Source: an uncultured cyanobacterium
GTDB taxonomy: Bacteria > Cyanobacteriota > Cyanobacteriia > Cyanobacteriales > CAWCAG01
Reading direction: 5' to 3'
DNA: 64,000 nucleotides
Assembly (NCBI GenBank): GCA_963793425.1
Contig: CAWCAG010000007.1
Coordinates: 515,217-579,216 of the forward strand
Made by a program: the position numbers and the translations under genes. Below the pieces are notes generated by a model. It had not been told where the DNA came from. It searched no databases and saw nothing but the letters and a program-made list of their open reading frames with translations. Of the stretch, positions 31,186 to 41,844 are shown in pieces (positions within the stretch are counted from its first letter, which is position 1; every line of letters starts with the position of its first letter).

Positions 31186-32232
31186 ATGCTTGAGATTTTC
31201 ATTGCTGTCCTTATTGTTCTCTCAGGTTCGGCTATCTGTTCTTGTGCAGAAACTGCTTTACTATCTATATCTACAGTTAGAGTTCGCCAATTAGCCCAGT
31301 CTAAACAACCTGCTACCTTGGCGCTTTTAGCAATCCGGCAAAGGATAAATCGTCCCATAGCTACTATTGTCATCCTTAACAATACCTTCAATATTATTGG
31401 TAGTATTGTCATTGGCAGTTTAGCAACTCAAGAATTAGGAGATGCTTGGTTAGGGCTATTTTCGGCAGTATTAACCTTTTTAATTATTGTCTTTGCTGAA
31501 ATAATTCCTAAAACTTTAGGAGAACGCTATGCTCACCATATCGCTCTTTTTGTAGCCATTCCTGTTAAAGGGTTAACTTTCCTCTTCACTCCCTTAGTTT
31601 GGTTAATGGAACAAGTAACCTCTCCTTTTGTTAAAGGAAAAAAACTACCCACCACCAACGAAGCAGAAATTCAATTCTTAGCCAGAATTGGTTATCAAGA
31701 AGGAGTAATTGAAGACGACGAAGCAGAAATGATTCAGCGTGTCTTTCAATTGAACGATCTTAATGCTGCTAATCTTATGACACCAAGGGTGATTGTTACC
31801 TATTTGCGAGGAGAATTAACTCTTATAGAGGCTAAAGATGAAATCTTAAATTCTCAGCACACTCGAATTATTGTGGTAGAAGATTCTTTAGACAGAGTAA
31901 CTGGCGTAGCCTTAAAGCAAGACTTACTCGCTGCGATGGTAGAAGACAAAAGCGATCACCAAATTGCTAATTTAGTTCGTCCTGTCCATTATGTCCCAGA
32001 AACAGTTAGAGCAGACAAACTACTCAAAACCTTTCAATCTACCCATGAACATCTCTTTGTTGTTCTTGATGAGTATGGCGGAGTCTCAGGGGTTGTCACC
32101 CTAGAGGATGTATTGGAAGTACTTACCGGAGAGATAGTTGATGAAACAGATAGAATTATCGATCTCCAAGAAATTGCCCGCAAACGCAGAAAAAATATGT
32201 TGCAGTCTATGGGATTTGATCATGAAGATTAA
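31186..32232 (+). CDS. CNNM/DUF21 transmembrane domain + CBS pair protein (hemolysin/CorC-like)
   Basis: 348 aa. N-terminal 4-TM DUF21-like region, then a CBS pair (LMTPRVIV..., VVLDEYGGVSGVVTLEDVLE). Confidence 0.85.
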   Translation: MLEIFIAVLIVLSGSAICSCAETALLSISTVRVRQLAQSKQPATLALLAIRQRINRPIATIVILNNTFNIIGSIVIGSLATQELGDAWLGLFSAVLTFLIIVFAEIIPKTLGERYAHHIALFVAIPVKGLTFLFTPLVWLMEQVTSPFVKGKKLPTTNEAEIQFLARIGYQEGVIEDDEAEMIQRVFQLNDLNAANLMTPRVIVTYLRGELTLIEAKDEILNSQHTRIIVVEDSLDRVTGVALKQDLLAAMVEDKSDHQIANLVRPVHYVPETVRADKLLKTFQSTHEHLFVVLDEYGGVSGVVTLEDVLEVLTGEIVDETDRIIDLQEIARKRRKNMLQSMGFDHED

Positions 32233-32480
32233 GCAGAAGGAGTACCGAAAGAAGAACTCTGCTGCTTTTTGTCATTTCTTTCATCTTCTTCCCGACGGCC
32301 ATCACCACGAGAATCACTCCTTTTTTGTTCACCTTGAGCAACAGTTTCTTTTTGAAGAGCCTCAAATTGCAAAGGCTTTTGGGGCTGAGATGCTGTTTGG
32401 TAATGACAATTTACCAAACCAGTAATTAATAAGCTTGTTAACAAAACCGAACCCTGAATTTGCATAGCGAATATTCTCAT
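32229..32480 (-). CDS. possible small secreted protein
   Basis: Signal-like start MRIFAMQIQGSVLLTSLLITGLV followed by a charged low-complexity tail. Weak evidence; it may not be expressed. Confidence 0.25.
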   Translation of the reverse strand: MRIFAMQIQGSVLLTSLLITGLVNCHYQTASQPQKPLQFEALQKETVAQGEQKRSDSRGDGRREEDERNDKKQQSSSFGTPSA

Positions 32481-32607
32481 GAAAGCTTTGTTCACTAATG
32501 CAATCTTTTTTGCCCTTAATCCGTACAAAAAAGCATTAATGTGACAGTTCTTAAACTGATTACTCGGCAGACTTTTTAAGTCGTTAGATATACGGATAAG
32601 CTATTAA

Positions 32608-32976
32608 TTAGCGCTGCCAAACCACTAAAATCACACCACAAACAATAAATCCTAGACCAACGAGACGACTTGTAGGAATAGTCTCGTGAAAAATAAAATA
32701 CCCCAGTAAAACTGAAAAAATATAAATCAAGGAAGCTGAAGGCCCCACAACACTAAGCTTGACGCGGGTAAGCAACATAATATAAAAAATAGCTCCTAAT
32801 CCATAGCAAACCAAACCAGTAACTAGTTCAGGGGTGGTAGCAATACCAAGAATATGACTAATTAGATTATTGGCAGTAACTTTTCCTAACTTAAGGGCCC
32901 CTAACTTTAAGAAAAACTGTCCTAAAGCACTAATTGATATTGATAACAGAAGGAGAACCAATTCTGGTGGTGTCAT
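32608..32976 (-). CDS. small EamA/SMR-like 4-TM transporter
   Basis: 122 aa, four predicted TM helices, resembles single EamA-domain proteins. Confidence 0.6.
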   Translation of the reverse strand: MTPPELVLLLLSISISALGQFFLKLGALKLGKVTANNLISHILGIATTPELVTGLVCYGLGAIFYIMLLTRVKLSVVGPSASLIYIFSVLLGYFIFHETIPTSRLVGLGFIVCGVILVVWQR

Positions 32977-33141
32977 AAATTATTGCGAAATCAAGATAAG
33001 CAACTTTGGATTATATCTTAGTGTTTGCTTAGCTTCCGTTAATATACTGGTTTATGTGAATTGATTTTCTGGCGTTGCCAAACAGACTCTTCCTGGGAAG
33101 CGATGTTATTCTAGCCATTAACAACCACAAATAAGCTTCAG

Positions 33142-33618
33142 ATGACCAAATCCTCTAACCTGTCCTGGTACTCAACTTTGTTGATGGGAACTGTCTTCCT
33201 AACCTTGGGAATAAGCATCAAACCGACTCAAGCACAAAGTAGCTATGCACCTATTCCTATACCTCAAAGCAACGAAATTTCTGATCGGCTTTCAGAATCA
33301 GACATTCCTACAGGTGATGGCGGTTTTTTCCGAGATTATTTAGTAAATTTACAGAAAGGAGATCAAGTAGCTATAGACCTTCTTTCTGAAGAGTTTGATA
33401 CAGTGATCACCTTAATCGCTGATGATGGTTCTGCGGTAGGAGAAAATGATGATGGTCCCGATGGCAGTACTAATTCTCTGTTGTTTTCCAGAATTGCAGA
33501 AACAGGTAAATATGTCGTTCGGGTTAAAGCCTTTGGAGAGACTGGAGGCGGTACATTTTCCCTTAAAGTAACCCGTTTGCGACCTACAGGTGGTGCAGCA
33601 ACTTGTGATTGTGAGTAG
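33142..33618 (+). CDS. secreted protein with pre-peptidase C-terminal (PPC)-like domain
   Basis: 158 aa. Signal peptide ending TQAQS, then GDQVAIDL...DTVITL...GKYVVRVKAFG...GTFSLKV. Confidence 0.55.
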   Translation: MTKSSNLSWYSTLLMGTVFLTLGISIKPTQAQSSYAPIPIPQSNEISDRLSESDIPTGDGGFFRDYLVNLQKGDQVAIDLLSEEFDTVITLIADDGSAVGENDDGPDGSTNSLLFSRIAETGKYVVRVKAFGETGGGTFSLKVTRLRPTGGAATCDCE

Positions 33619-33628
33619 TTGGGGATGT

Positions 33629-34420
33629 TTATAATACTATAGTTAGAAAGCACAGTAATAATGCTTCTGTCCATTCTACCACCGCACCATAGGTATCCCC
33701 TGTATGACCTCCTAGTTGACGATTAAACCAGGCAGCTACAGTTATAGTAGTTACAGCCCCACCTAGTATCATTGCTAAAGGTAGCTGCCACCCTTGGGGA
33801 TGAAAGTAAAGGGGAGTACTGCTCAAGGCAATTAAGGTAAGCAAACCTAAAAGTAAGTCTTGGGGTAGTTGTATCGACTCTTTGTGAAATGCACCTTTAC
33901 CTTCCGGTTTCAAATAATCATAGTATGCGATCGCCCAAACTTGTCCCCAACGTCCCCACCCAGCACAAAACATTAAAGCTAACCAGCGGTAGTTGGTTAG
34001 TTCGCTTAAAGCAGCAGTTTTTAAGAGTAGAACCATGACTGCTGCTATTACCCCAAAAGCACCTGTGCGACTATCCTGCATCACTTCTAGTCGGCGTTCT
34101 GGTTCCAATACTCCCAAGCCATCAGCACTATCAATAGCCCCATCTAGGTGCAAGCCTCCGGTGATGATAATCCAAATTCCGACAATTAAAGCACTGCGGG
34201 TTAACCCTGGCATAGCTAATTGCTCTAAACCAAGATCCACTAACCCTAAAAAACCACCAATCATAATACCAATCAGAGGAGCAAAACGGGCTACCCTTTG
34301 CCATTCTAATTTCCACTGAGCAGGTAAAGGTAGATAAGTATAAAAAACGATCCCTCCTAAAAATGACTTGAAGACGGATTTGCTTGATTTTACGGATTCA
34401 TGATGCATAAATTGCTTCAT
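33629..34420 (-). CDS. cobS: adenosylcobinamide-GDP ribazoletransferase
   Basis: 263 aa, polytopic. [14 protein letters not shown] and [10 protein letters not shown] motifs. Confidence 0.85.
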   Translation of the reverse strand: MKQFMHHESVKSSKSVFKSFLGGIVFYTYLPLPAQWKLEWQRVARFAPLIGIMIGGFLGLVDLGLEQLAMPGLTRSALIVGIWIIITGGLHLDGAIDSADGLGVLEPERRLEVMQDSRTGAFGVIAAVMVLLLKTAALSELTNYRWLALMFCAGWGRWGQVWAIAYYDYLKPEGKGAFHKESIQLPQDLLLGLLTLIALSSTPLYFHPQGWQLPLAMILGGAVTTITVAAWFNRQLGGHTGDTYGAVVEWTEALLLCFLTIVL

Positions 34421-34547
34421 TCTTAATCGAAAATTTAATGAACCGCAGAAATTTATGGCAACAGCGGCTAAATCTTGGGCTAAGATCGTCTAGTAGTCTG
34501 GCTTAATTAAACAGCAGACCATCCAAAAGCATCACAGGCTTTTCCCT

Positions 34548-34997
34548 ATGAGTCAAGAACAATCCATACACCAATTACCAGCCCCTTGTATTATTGATAA
34601 CGGCATTGTTGTTAATAAGGACGATATGCACCGCCTCCTAACCAATCTAGGTCGCGTCAAGTATATTCACACTTTAGAAGAGAAATTACAAGTTGAAGAT
34701 GAGGGTTTTGTAGTCGAGGTTTTCGGCGATCCTCACCAATCTACCTTAATTGTTAATGGTTCTCTTCACCTGAATGTACAGAGTTTTGATTATTTACAAT
34801 TGCATCGTTCTGAAAATAGAGAAGCTTATTTTGATTTAATTCAAGATAATCGCCAGTTGCGACTAATTCCTCTGTCTAACCCCTTAGAAGAGCAAGTTAA
34901 CAAAAATTTGGATGTAGACGCTTTAGAAGCAATGGTAGCTCAAGTTCTCTCTGCTAAATGGGATGTACAAATTGATGAGGATGATTGCCCTTTTTAG
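34548..34997 (+). CDS. hypothetical protein
   Basis: 149-aa ORF in a well-spaced intergenic context. No motif recognised. Confidence 0.5.
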   Translation: MSQEQSIHQLPAPCIIDNGIVVNKDDMHRLLTNLGRVKYIHTLEEKLQVEDEGFVVEVFGDPHQSTLIVNGSLHLNVQSFDYLQLHRSENREAYFDLIQDNRQLRLIPLSNPLEEQVNKNLDVDALEAMVAQVLSAKWDVQIDEDDCPF

Positions 34998-35037
34998 GAC
35001 TTTAAAATTAATGATGATTATTATGGCAACTTAATTA

Positions 35038-36144
35038 GTGGGATTTTCTTTTCAGCATCAAGGACAATGTGGTCAAACCCAAGCTAGGGCTGGAGTGTTG
35101 CATACGCCTCATGGCAACATGGAAACCCCTAAATTTATGCCTGTGGGAACTTTAGGGACGGTTAAAGGGTTAACTCCGGCCCAATTAGAAGATTGTCAGG
35201 CCCAAACTATCCTAGCTAATACTTACCACCTACATCTGCAACCAGGAGAAAAAATTGTTGCCGCAGCGGGAGGACTCCATAACTTTATGGGTTGGCAGCA
35301 ACCAATTTTAACGGATTCTGGTGGCTTCCAAGTATTTAGTTTGAGCAAACTACGGAAAATAACTGAACAAGGAGTTGAATTTCGCTCTCCTAGAGATGGC
35401 AGAATAATTAACTTTACACCAGAGGTTTCTATTCAGATTCAGAATACCCTAGGTGCAGATATTATCATGGCTTTCGATGAATGTCCTCCTTACCCTGCTC
35501 AGTATTCTGATGTGGTTGCGGCCACTGAACGTACCTACCGTTGGTTAAAGCGTTCTATCCAAGCCCACCAACGCCCTCAACAACAGGCTTTGTTCGCCAT
35601 TGTCCAAGGAGGGATTTATACTGATTTACGCCAAAAAGCGGCGCAGGATTTAGCAGCCCTAGACCTTCCTGGTTACGCCATAGGAGGAGTAAGTGTAGGA
35701 GAACCCCCTGAACTAATCAATCAGATTGTACGCTCAACTGCGCCTCTTTTACCCCCTCATAAGCCGAGATATTTAATGGGAGTAGGGACATATCGAGAAA
35801 TGGTTCAGGGGATTGCCTCCGGAATTGATATGTTTGATTGCGTTATTCCCACCAGATTAGGCCGTCATGGTGCAGCTTTGGTAAGGGGGGAACGTTGGAA
35901 CCTCAAAAATGCTCGCTTTCGAGAAGATTTTACCCCCCTAGACTCTCTTTGTAGCTGTTACACTTGCCAAACTTTCTCCCGTGCTTACCTGAATCATTTA
36001 GTGCGATCGCGGGAAATGTTAGGTTATATTTTACTTTCTTTGCATAACGTTAGAGAATTAATTCGCTTCACTGAAGATATCAGAAGAGCAATAATTGCTG
36101 ATCGATTTGTCGAGGATTTTGGTGAGTGGCTGACGGATAAGTAA
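35038..36144 (+). CDS. tgt: queuine tRNA-ribosyltransferase
   Basis: 368 aa with GTG start. [20 protein letters not shown], and the zinc site CSCYTC...H. Confidence 0.95.
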   Translation: MGFSFQHQGQCGQTQARAGVLHTPHGNMETPKFMPVGTLGTVKGLTPAQLEDCQAQTILANTYHLHLQPGEKIVAAAGGLHNFMGWQQPILTDSGGFQVFSLSKLRKITEQGVEFRSPRDGRIINFTPEVSIQIQNTLGADIIMAFDECPPYPAQYSDVVAATERTYRWLKRSIQAHQRPQQQALFAIVQGGIYTDLRQKAAQDLAALDLPGYAIGGVSVGEPPELINQIVRSTAPLLPPHKPRYLMGVGTYREMVQGIASGIDMFDCVIPTRLGRHGAALVRGERWNLKNARFREDFTPLDSLCSCYTCQTFSRAYLNHLVRSREMLGYILLSLHNVRELIRFTEDIRRAIIADRFVEDFGEWLTDK

Positions 36145-36248
36145 TAAGTGATAATACTTGTTTAAGTTATTAATAACCGACTACCAACTCATGTTAAAAT
36201 TCCCCTTAAATATGATTAAAACTTGTTTTGGAAAGGTAAAAAAATAAT

Positions 36249-36386
36249 ATGGAAGTAGTGATGTTGTTAGCGAAATTACCGGAAGCTTATTCTCTTTTCG
36301 ATCCTTTAGTGGATGTTTTACCGATCATTCCCCTCTTTTTTCTTTTACTTGCCTTTGTTTGGCAAGCAGCGGTTGGATTCAAGTAA
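36249..36386 (+). CDS. psbK: photosystem II reaction centre protein K
   Basis: 45-aa ORF, below the ORF-track cutoff: [45 protein letters not shown]. This matches the conserved PsbK sequence. Confidence 0.9.
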   Translation: MEVVMLLAKLPEAYSLFDPLVDVLPIIPLFFLLLAFVWQAAVGFK

Positions 36387-36564
36387 ATGTCTAACCACTC
36401 AGTTGTTTGAGGAGTTGGGGGTAGGAGATTAACTTGAGGAATTAACCAAACTTTGTATTGTTTTTAAGCTGCGATCGCAATCACAAAGTGTTTTTTCCTC
36501 AAGAGACTGGCACAGAAAGAAAATATCCGCCAGAATCTCGAATTAGGGGTTAAACCGCAACTCC

Positions 36565-37257
36565 CTAATGTAACTCTCCTTCCACCATCACCTCACCAAT
36601 TTTGGCATTATCCTTAAATTTATTGGTTTCGTAATATGCCCCCCCTGAAGATTGGGGATAAACCCCAACAAAGCCTTTTGCTCCTAGATTGCCATTGGTT
36701 CTAAAAGTTATTTTTTGGTCAGCCGTTTCAGCAAACTTAACAAATTCCCTAGCTTCGTAATCTGTGTTGTAGCTTAAGGTTGCTTGCCCATAAACAGATT
36801 CAGCTTTTTTAATCAGAGTACCTGGCCCTACCCCTTCTGCTGTACGAAACTGGGGGTTATCTGTAAGCAAAATTTGGATCGGGTCTTGATCCTCTAATTG
36901 ATCAAAGTTGAAGTAAAGAATGTAATAAAGAGTCTCGCTACCTTTTTTAACTGCGATCGCATCTAAATCCACCATGAAAGAAGGTAAAGTTTCAAAAGTT
37001 ACCTCATCACCCAATTTCTCTTTAAGTTCACCCAACGTCATACCAATTTGGGCTTCACCAATTCCTTGTTCAGAAAGAGCAAATTCTTCTGAAGCGGGGG
37101 CTTTTAGAGGTTGAGAAGTTGTTGGTGATTTTTCTTCTGCTTGGGACTCTGATTCTGTAGTAGTGTCTTGGTCTACAGAATTTGGTTCAACTTCAGCTTG
37201 AGGATTACATCCTGTGAGAATGAGCAGTAATATTGCTAAAAAATAGACTAATTTCAT
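36565..37257 (-). CDS. hypothetical lipoprotein
   Basis: 230 aa. Lipobox LTGC followed by an acidic linker. Confidence 0.55.
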   Translation of the reverse strand: MKLVYFLAILLLILTGCNPQAEVEPNSVDQDTTTESESQAEEKSPTTSQPLKAPASEEFALSEQGIGEAQIGMTLGELKEKLGDEVTFETLPSFMVDLDAIAVKKGSETLYYILYFNFDQLEDQDPIQILLTDNPQFRTAEGVGPGTLIKKAESVYGQATLSYNTDYEAREFVKFAETADQKITFRTNGNLGAKGFVGVYPQSSGGAYYETNKFKDNAKIGEVMVEGELH

Positions 37258-37717
37258 AGTTAAATTTATTGGTAATTGATATTTCTACTTTCCCTTACTG
37301 GTTTAAATTTAAGTTCAATTAGAAAAAATAGAAACAACAAAAAGGGATAATTTGTGACAATTACCCCTGTGAAATTCAGTATGACATTTTTGAGTGGATG
37401 TGGAGGAAGATTTAGCTAAGGATGAAATAGTGGAGATTATTAAGGTAGTGATAGTAGGGAAGGCTACAGGATTGGCGACGTTCGTGATAGCGGCTTTGAT
37501 GGCGGTGGTTTTGCCGATTAGTTTCCCTAGTCAGTTGCTCACAATCTGAACAGGTAAGCTGTAGCTTGAAGCTTTGTTGATTGTTCATTGCTTAATTCTT
37601 GACACCCAAAAGTTATCTTAACTTTCAGTATTGAATAACCAGATTTGCGATCGCGTTTGTGTTTTGTTTGCTTTGTGTATAAATTGGGTATGCTTTACAT
37701 TGAAAATTGACAAATTA

Positions 37718-38119
37718 CTAATCGGGCTTACCAAACCTAAATTGTGGTCCAAAAGCAAGTAATACTAAATGTCCGACTAAGATTAATAAATCTCTTTCCA
37801 ATCCGGCTACTTTTTTAACATCTCCTAAAAAAGCAGGAAGTTGAACAGTAGCGATCGCCCCAGCAATAATAAATAACAAAACTAAATTAGCAATTGCCCA
37901 AAAACGACCAAATAAAAGCAAGACACTGGCAATCACCTCAACAATACCTGTAATTGGTCCCAGGAAACCAGGTAGCCCAAAACCAACGAATTTTTCCATG
38001 GCTACATCCCAAAAAATAGCTTTTGGCAAACCGTGATAAAGAAAAATTAATACCAATGTGATACGCACTATCCAAAGGGCATAAAACTGAAACTTGTTGT
38101 TAGCAAAAGAAATATTCAT
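37718..38119 (-). CDS. DoxX family membrane protein
   Basis: 133 aa, 4 TM helices, FLYHGLPK motif. Last gene of the sigma/anti-sigma operon. Confidence 0.7.
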   Translation of the reverse strand: MNISFANNKFQFYALWIVRITLVLIFLYHGLPKAIFWDVAMEKFVGFGLPGFLGPITGIVEVIASVLLLFGRFWAIANLVLLFIIAGAIATVQLPAFLGDVKKVAGLERDLLILVGHLVLLAFGPQFRFGKPD

Positions 38120-38140
38120 AAACTTTAACTCCTTGATTTA

Positions 38141-38887
38141 TTAAAGAGACTGATAACTTTTCATAACCGAAATACCTTGTGGTTGCAGAGTATCAGGCTG
38201 GTTTTCTATGGTGACTAAAACTGATTTAGCGTTGGTTAAACTATCTGGCGATAATTCTATGTGAACTGTTCCTTCTTCGTCGGGTTTAAAGTTGATACAG
38301 CCAACTTTTTTATTTGGAGAGACAGCCCACAAACGATAAACTTGGTTGCCTGGTAAAGAGTCTAAGTTTTGGAGAGTAAGGACAGCTTTTTGTTGTTCAG
38401 GGACAATAAATAAGCTTCCTGATGCCCCTTGCAACCTATTAATTCCCCTTAAAGCCACCAAACTATTATTAGGTTGGCGTAATAAGGTAATGAGTTCCTT
38501 TTGCTGTTGCAACTTTTCTTGGTTAAAAGCAAGTTGTTGGCGCAAGTAATAATCATCAATGCCTAAACAAATAGCCCCTAAAGTAGCGAAGGCTGCAACC
38601 AGCCACCCCCAACCTTGCAAGGTAAAACTAAAACCAGCTTTCGAGGAAAATTGTTGCCTTTGGGCTGTGGCTAGAATAAGTTCCCGTAATTCTGGGCTAG
38701 GTGTTTGACTTGGTAAGCCATAAGGCACTAAAGCTAAGGTTTCTTGCAGTTGTTCAATTTGTTCTAGTAACTCAGGATTATTGGCTAGTTGTTGTTTTAA
38801 CCAAGTACATTCTGCTTCATCCAAATCTCCTAAAACATAGCCAGCCAATAACTCTTCTAGGTTGTCAAACTCAGGAGTATCATTCAT
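38141..38887 (-). CDS. anti-sigma factor (RskA-like)
   Basis: 248 aa. N-terminal anti-sigma helix region (LLAGYVLGDLDEAE), a central TM helix, and an extracytoplasmic domain. Sits 4 nt downstream of the sigma factor gene. Confidence 0.7.
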   Translation of the reverse strand: MNDTPEFDNLEELLAGYVLGDLDEAECTWLKQQLANNPELLEQIEQLQETLALVPYGLPSQTPSPELRELILATAQRQQFSSKAGFSFTLQGWGWLVAAFATLGAICLGIDDYYLRQQLAFNQEKLQQQKELITLLRQPNNSLVALRGINRLQGASGSLFIVPEQQKAVLTLQNLDSLPGNQVYRLWAVSPNKKVGCINFKPDEEGTVHIELSPDSLTNAKSVLVTIENQPDTLQPQGISVMKSYQSL

Positions 38888-38891
38888 CCCT

Positions 38892-39512
38892 CTATTCCTG
38901 CCCCAACTCTTGTAGGGCTTGTCGCAGTTTTAGCAGCCCTCGGCGACATCGAGTTTTGACTGTTCCTAAAGGTAGATTTAGATGTTGAGCAATTTGAGAG
39001 TGACTTAATCCTTCATAATAAGAAAGTTCTAAAACTTGGCGTTGAGGTGCTGATAGTTGTTGGAGTGCTTTTCTTACTTGGTAGGTTCTTTCCTCTGTTG
39101 ACACTTTTTCTAGAGGATGGCAGGAACTGTTAGTAGCTGTAAGATCATTCATTTTGCCTCTGTTTTGTAAAAGTTTCCACCAGGAATTTCTACTACGGAG
39201 ACGGTCAATAGCCCGCGAACGGGTTAACATCATTAAGTAATTGTAAAAAGAGCCACGTTGCTGCTGATAATTAGGATGTGCCTGTAAACTAAGAAAGACT
39301 TCTTGGGTTAAATCTTCTGCTTCTGGAGGATTATTTAACATCCGTTGAGCCAAGCGGTAAACCAACAAGCCATAGCGGTCGTATAATATCCCTAGAGCAA
39401 AGGTATTTCCCTGTTTGAAAGCAGCAAAAACATCTTCGTCTGTATAAGAGGCAAGCTGAACTCTTGGCTCAAAAGAATAGGTTATCAAAGGATCACGACG
39501 CACTGAATTCAT
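38892..39512 (-). CDS. ECF-type RNA polymerase sigma factor
   Basis: 206 aa. Region 2 (AEDLTQEVFL) and region 4 HTH (LSHSQIAQHLNLPLGTVKTR). Confidence 0.85.
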   Translation of the reverse strand: MNSVRRDPLITYSFEPRVQLASYTDEDVFAAFKQGNTFALGILYDRYGLLVYRLAQRMLNNPPEAEDLTQEVFLSLQAHPNYQQQRGSFYNYLMMLTRSRAIDRLRSRNSWWKLLQNRGKMNDLTATNSSCHPLEKVSTEERTYQVRKALQQLSAPQRQVLELSYYEGLSHSQIAQHLNLPLGTVKTRCRRGLLKLRQALQELGQE

Positions 39513-39680
39513 AATTAGAAAGCAAAAGGCAAAGACAATTTAGCAATAGGCATTGTGAATAATAGGCAAGAGGTTAGGTAAAATTTTTCTGCTTACTTGG
39601 TATACGGAGGTGATGCTCATTTGGATTCATTTACAATCTGAAAGTGATGAAAATTCTTTTATAAGCAAGGAGTTAAACCT

Positions 39681-40259
39681 GTGGTCAAAACCAGGTCAAC
39701 GATGTTACCCATCGGGACAAAAGCCCCCGAATTCAACCTTCCAGATACAGTTTCTGGTCAAACCATTTCTTTAGCTAATTTTGCTGATAGCAAAGCTTTG
39801 TTGGTGATGTTTGTTTGCCAACATTGCCCTTTTGTCAAGCGTGTTAAGACAGAATTTACAAGGTTAGGTAAAGACTATGTAAGCAAGGGAGTGGGGATTG
39901 TTGCTATTAGCGCGAATGATGTGGAAAAGCACCCCGATGATTCTCCAGAAAACCTTAAAGCCATGGCAGAAGAATTAGGTTTTAATTTTCCTTTTTGCTA
40001 CGACGAAACCCAGGAAGTGGCAAAAAGTTATACAGCCGCTTGTACGCCAGATTTTTTCCTTTTTGATGGCGATCGCAAGTTGGTTTATCGAGGTCAACTT
40101 GATGATAGTATCCTTGACGAAAGCTTACCAGTGACAGGTAAAGATTTACGCTCAGCTATTGATCAGGTTTTAGCCGGAAAAGAAATTACTCTAGAACAAA
40201 AACCCAGCCTCGGTTGTAACATCAAATGGAAGCCAGGAAATGAGCCAGCTTATTTTTAA
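39681..40259 (+). CDS. thioredoxin-fold thiol-disulfide oxidoreductase (AhpC/TSA-like)
   Basis: 192 aa with GTG start. CQHCP redox motif in a peroxiredoxin-like context. Confidence 0.8.
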   Translation: MVKTRSTMLPIGTKAPEFNLPDTVSGQTISLANFADSKALLVMFVCQHCPFVKRVKTEFTRLGKDYVSKGVGIVAISANDVEKHPDDSPENLKAMAEELGFNFPFCYDETQEVAKSYTAACTPDFFLFDGDRKLVYRGQLDDSILDESLPVTGKDLRSAIDQVLAGKEITLEQKPSLGCNIKWKPGNEPAYF

Positions 40260-40295
40260 ATGACAGCTTTTGTCTAACAGCTTAGTAATTAGTAA

Positions 40296-41216
40296 ATGAC
40301 ACTGTACGATAATTTTATTGAACAGTTAATGCAACAGCCTGAACTGAATGTAGCTGAGGAAATTTGTAAGCTGGTTGAAAATAAGATTGAGGTGGGCGAT
40401 CGCCTTAAGTTCCAACAAGTAGATAAACTCAAAGAATGGTTGGATAGCTTTCGCCCTTTTTCTCCAATTCTTGTGGCAGAATTGAAAAAAATTTATGATG
40501 TTCAATTTACTTACAATTCCAACGCTATTGAAGGTAATACTTTAACCCAAAGTGAAACAGAATTAGTCTTATCAAAAGGAATTACTATTGGTGGGAAAAC
40601 CTTACAAGAACATTTAGAAGTTGTAGGACATCAAGATGCTATTAATTATATTGAAACCTTAGCGAGAAAAGATAGTCTTGTGGGAGAGTGGGAAATAAAG
40701 CAAATTCATAATTTAATTTTAAGAGCGATCGCTCCTGAAGAAGCAGGCAAGTACAGACAACTTGATGTTAAAGCAGCAGGAACTAGTTATGTTTATCCCG
40801 CTCATTATTTGTTACCACAGTTAATGACAGAATTTGTTAGCTGGCTGAATTCAGAAGCAAAACAAACATTGCATCCTATTGAGTATGCAACCCTAGCTCA
40901 TTTTCGCTTTGTTTCTATTCACCCTTTTCGAGATGGTAATGGCAGAACGGCAAGATTATTAATGAATCTTCTTTTACTGCAAACTGGATATCCTGTTGTA
41001 GTTATTTCTAATCAAATTCGTCATGAATATATTAATGCGGTTGCCCATGGACAACAAAATAAACAGGATATTAAGCTACTTTTAAATATCATTCTTGATG
41101 CCACCTATAAATCTTTGGTAGAAACTTTAACAATTGTGGCAACTGCCAGAGATAGTAGAGGTAAAGGAGAGAATTTTCATGAAGAAATGATAGGCTTTCT
41201 AAAGGTAAGAAATTAA
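40296..41216 (+). CDS. Fic family protein (class II, in-cis inhibitory helix)
   Basis: Active-site motif HPFRDGNGRTARLL. Upstream SNAIEGN fits the (S/T)xxxE(G/N) inhibitory motif. Confidence 0.9.
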   Translation: MTLYDNFIEQLMQQPELNVAEEICKLVENKIEVGDRLKFQQVDKLKEWLDSFRPFSPILVAELKKIYDVQFTYNSNAIEGNTLTQSETELVLSKGITIGGKTLQEHLEVVGHQDAINYIETLARKDSLVGEWEIKQIHNLILRAIAPEEAGKYRQLDVKAAGTSYVYPAHYLLPQLMTEFVSWLNSEAKQTLHPIEYATLAHFRFVSIHPFRDGNGRTARLLMNLLLLQTGYPVVVISNQIRHEYINAVAHGQQNKQDIKLLLNIILDATYKSLVETLTIVATARDSRGKGENFHEEMIGFLKVRN

Positions 41217-41246
41217 GTTTTGAAAAGCTGATTACCGAGTTTAATA

Positions 41247-41837
41247 ATGAAACTAACTTTATCAATTATGAAAGGAAAACCACTTTTACTTTTACTCGGA
41301 TTACTAACCCTTAGTAGCATTAATGTACCTGCATTAAGTCAAGCCAACCCCACCGCAGGAATTCAACGCCCTGTATTACGAATAGGAAGCCAGGGAGACT
41401 ACGTATCTCAAGTACAAGCGGCCCTAAAATTATTGGGTTACTACACCGGAGAAGTTAGTGGGATTTATAATGAAAGCACCGTAATTGCTGTTTCTCGCTT
41501 TCAAGAAGCTGCTAAACTGAATGTTGATGGTATTGTTGGTTTAGCGACTTGGATAAGCCTCTTTCCTGTCACTCCGCCCCAAAATAGCACAGCTACAATT
41601 CCTAGCAATAACCCAACTGCCACAGCCACCACTTTACCGATTTTAAGGGAAGGGATGCAGGGAGAAGCCGTAGTCAAATTGCAAAAAAGATTGATAGCAC
41701 TAGGTTTACTCTCAGGAAGTGCCGATGGCTCTTTTGGACAACAAACTTTAGCTGCTGTTCAAGCGGCCCAAGCAAGTTTTAATTTAGCAGTAGATGGGGT
41801 TGTGGGGGCGGCAACTTGGAGAGCATTATTAAAATAA
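41247..41837 (+). CDS. secreted protein with two peptidoglycan-binding (PG_binding_1-like) domains
   Basis: 196 aa. Signal peptide, then two repeats of the form G..V..LQ..L..LGYY.G..DG.FG..T..AV..FQ. Confidence 0.8.
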   Translation: MKLTLSIMKGKPLLLLLGLLTLSSINVPALSQANPTAGIQRPVLRIGSQGDYVSQVQAALKLLGYYTGEVSGIYNESTVIAVSRFQEAAKLNVDGIVGLATWISLFPVTPPQNSTATIPSNNPTATATTLPILREGMQGEAVVKLQKRLIALGLLSGSADGSFGQQTLAAVQAAQASFNLAVDGVVGAATWRALLK

Positions 41838-41844
41838 ATCACTT

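Noticed and set aside
31155-31412. 85-aa minus-strand ORF overlapping the start of the DUF21-CBS gene
   Set aside because: It is antisense to a strongly supported membrane-protein gene and has no independent signal.
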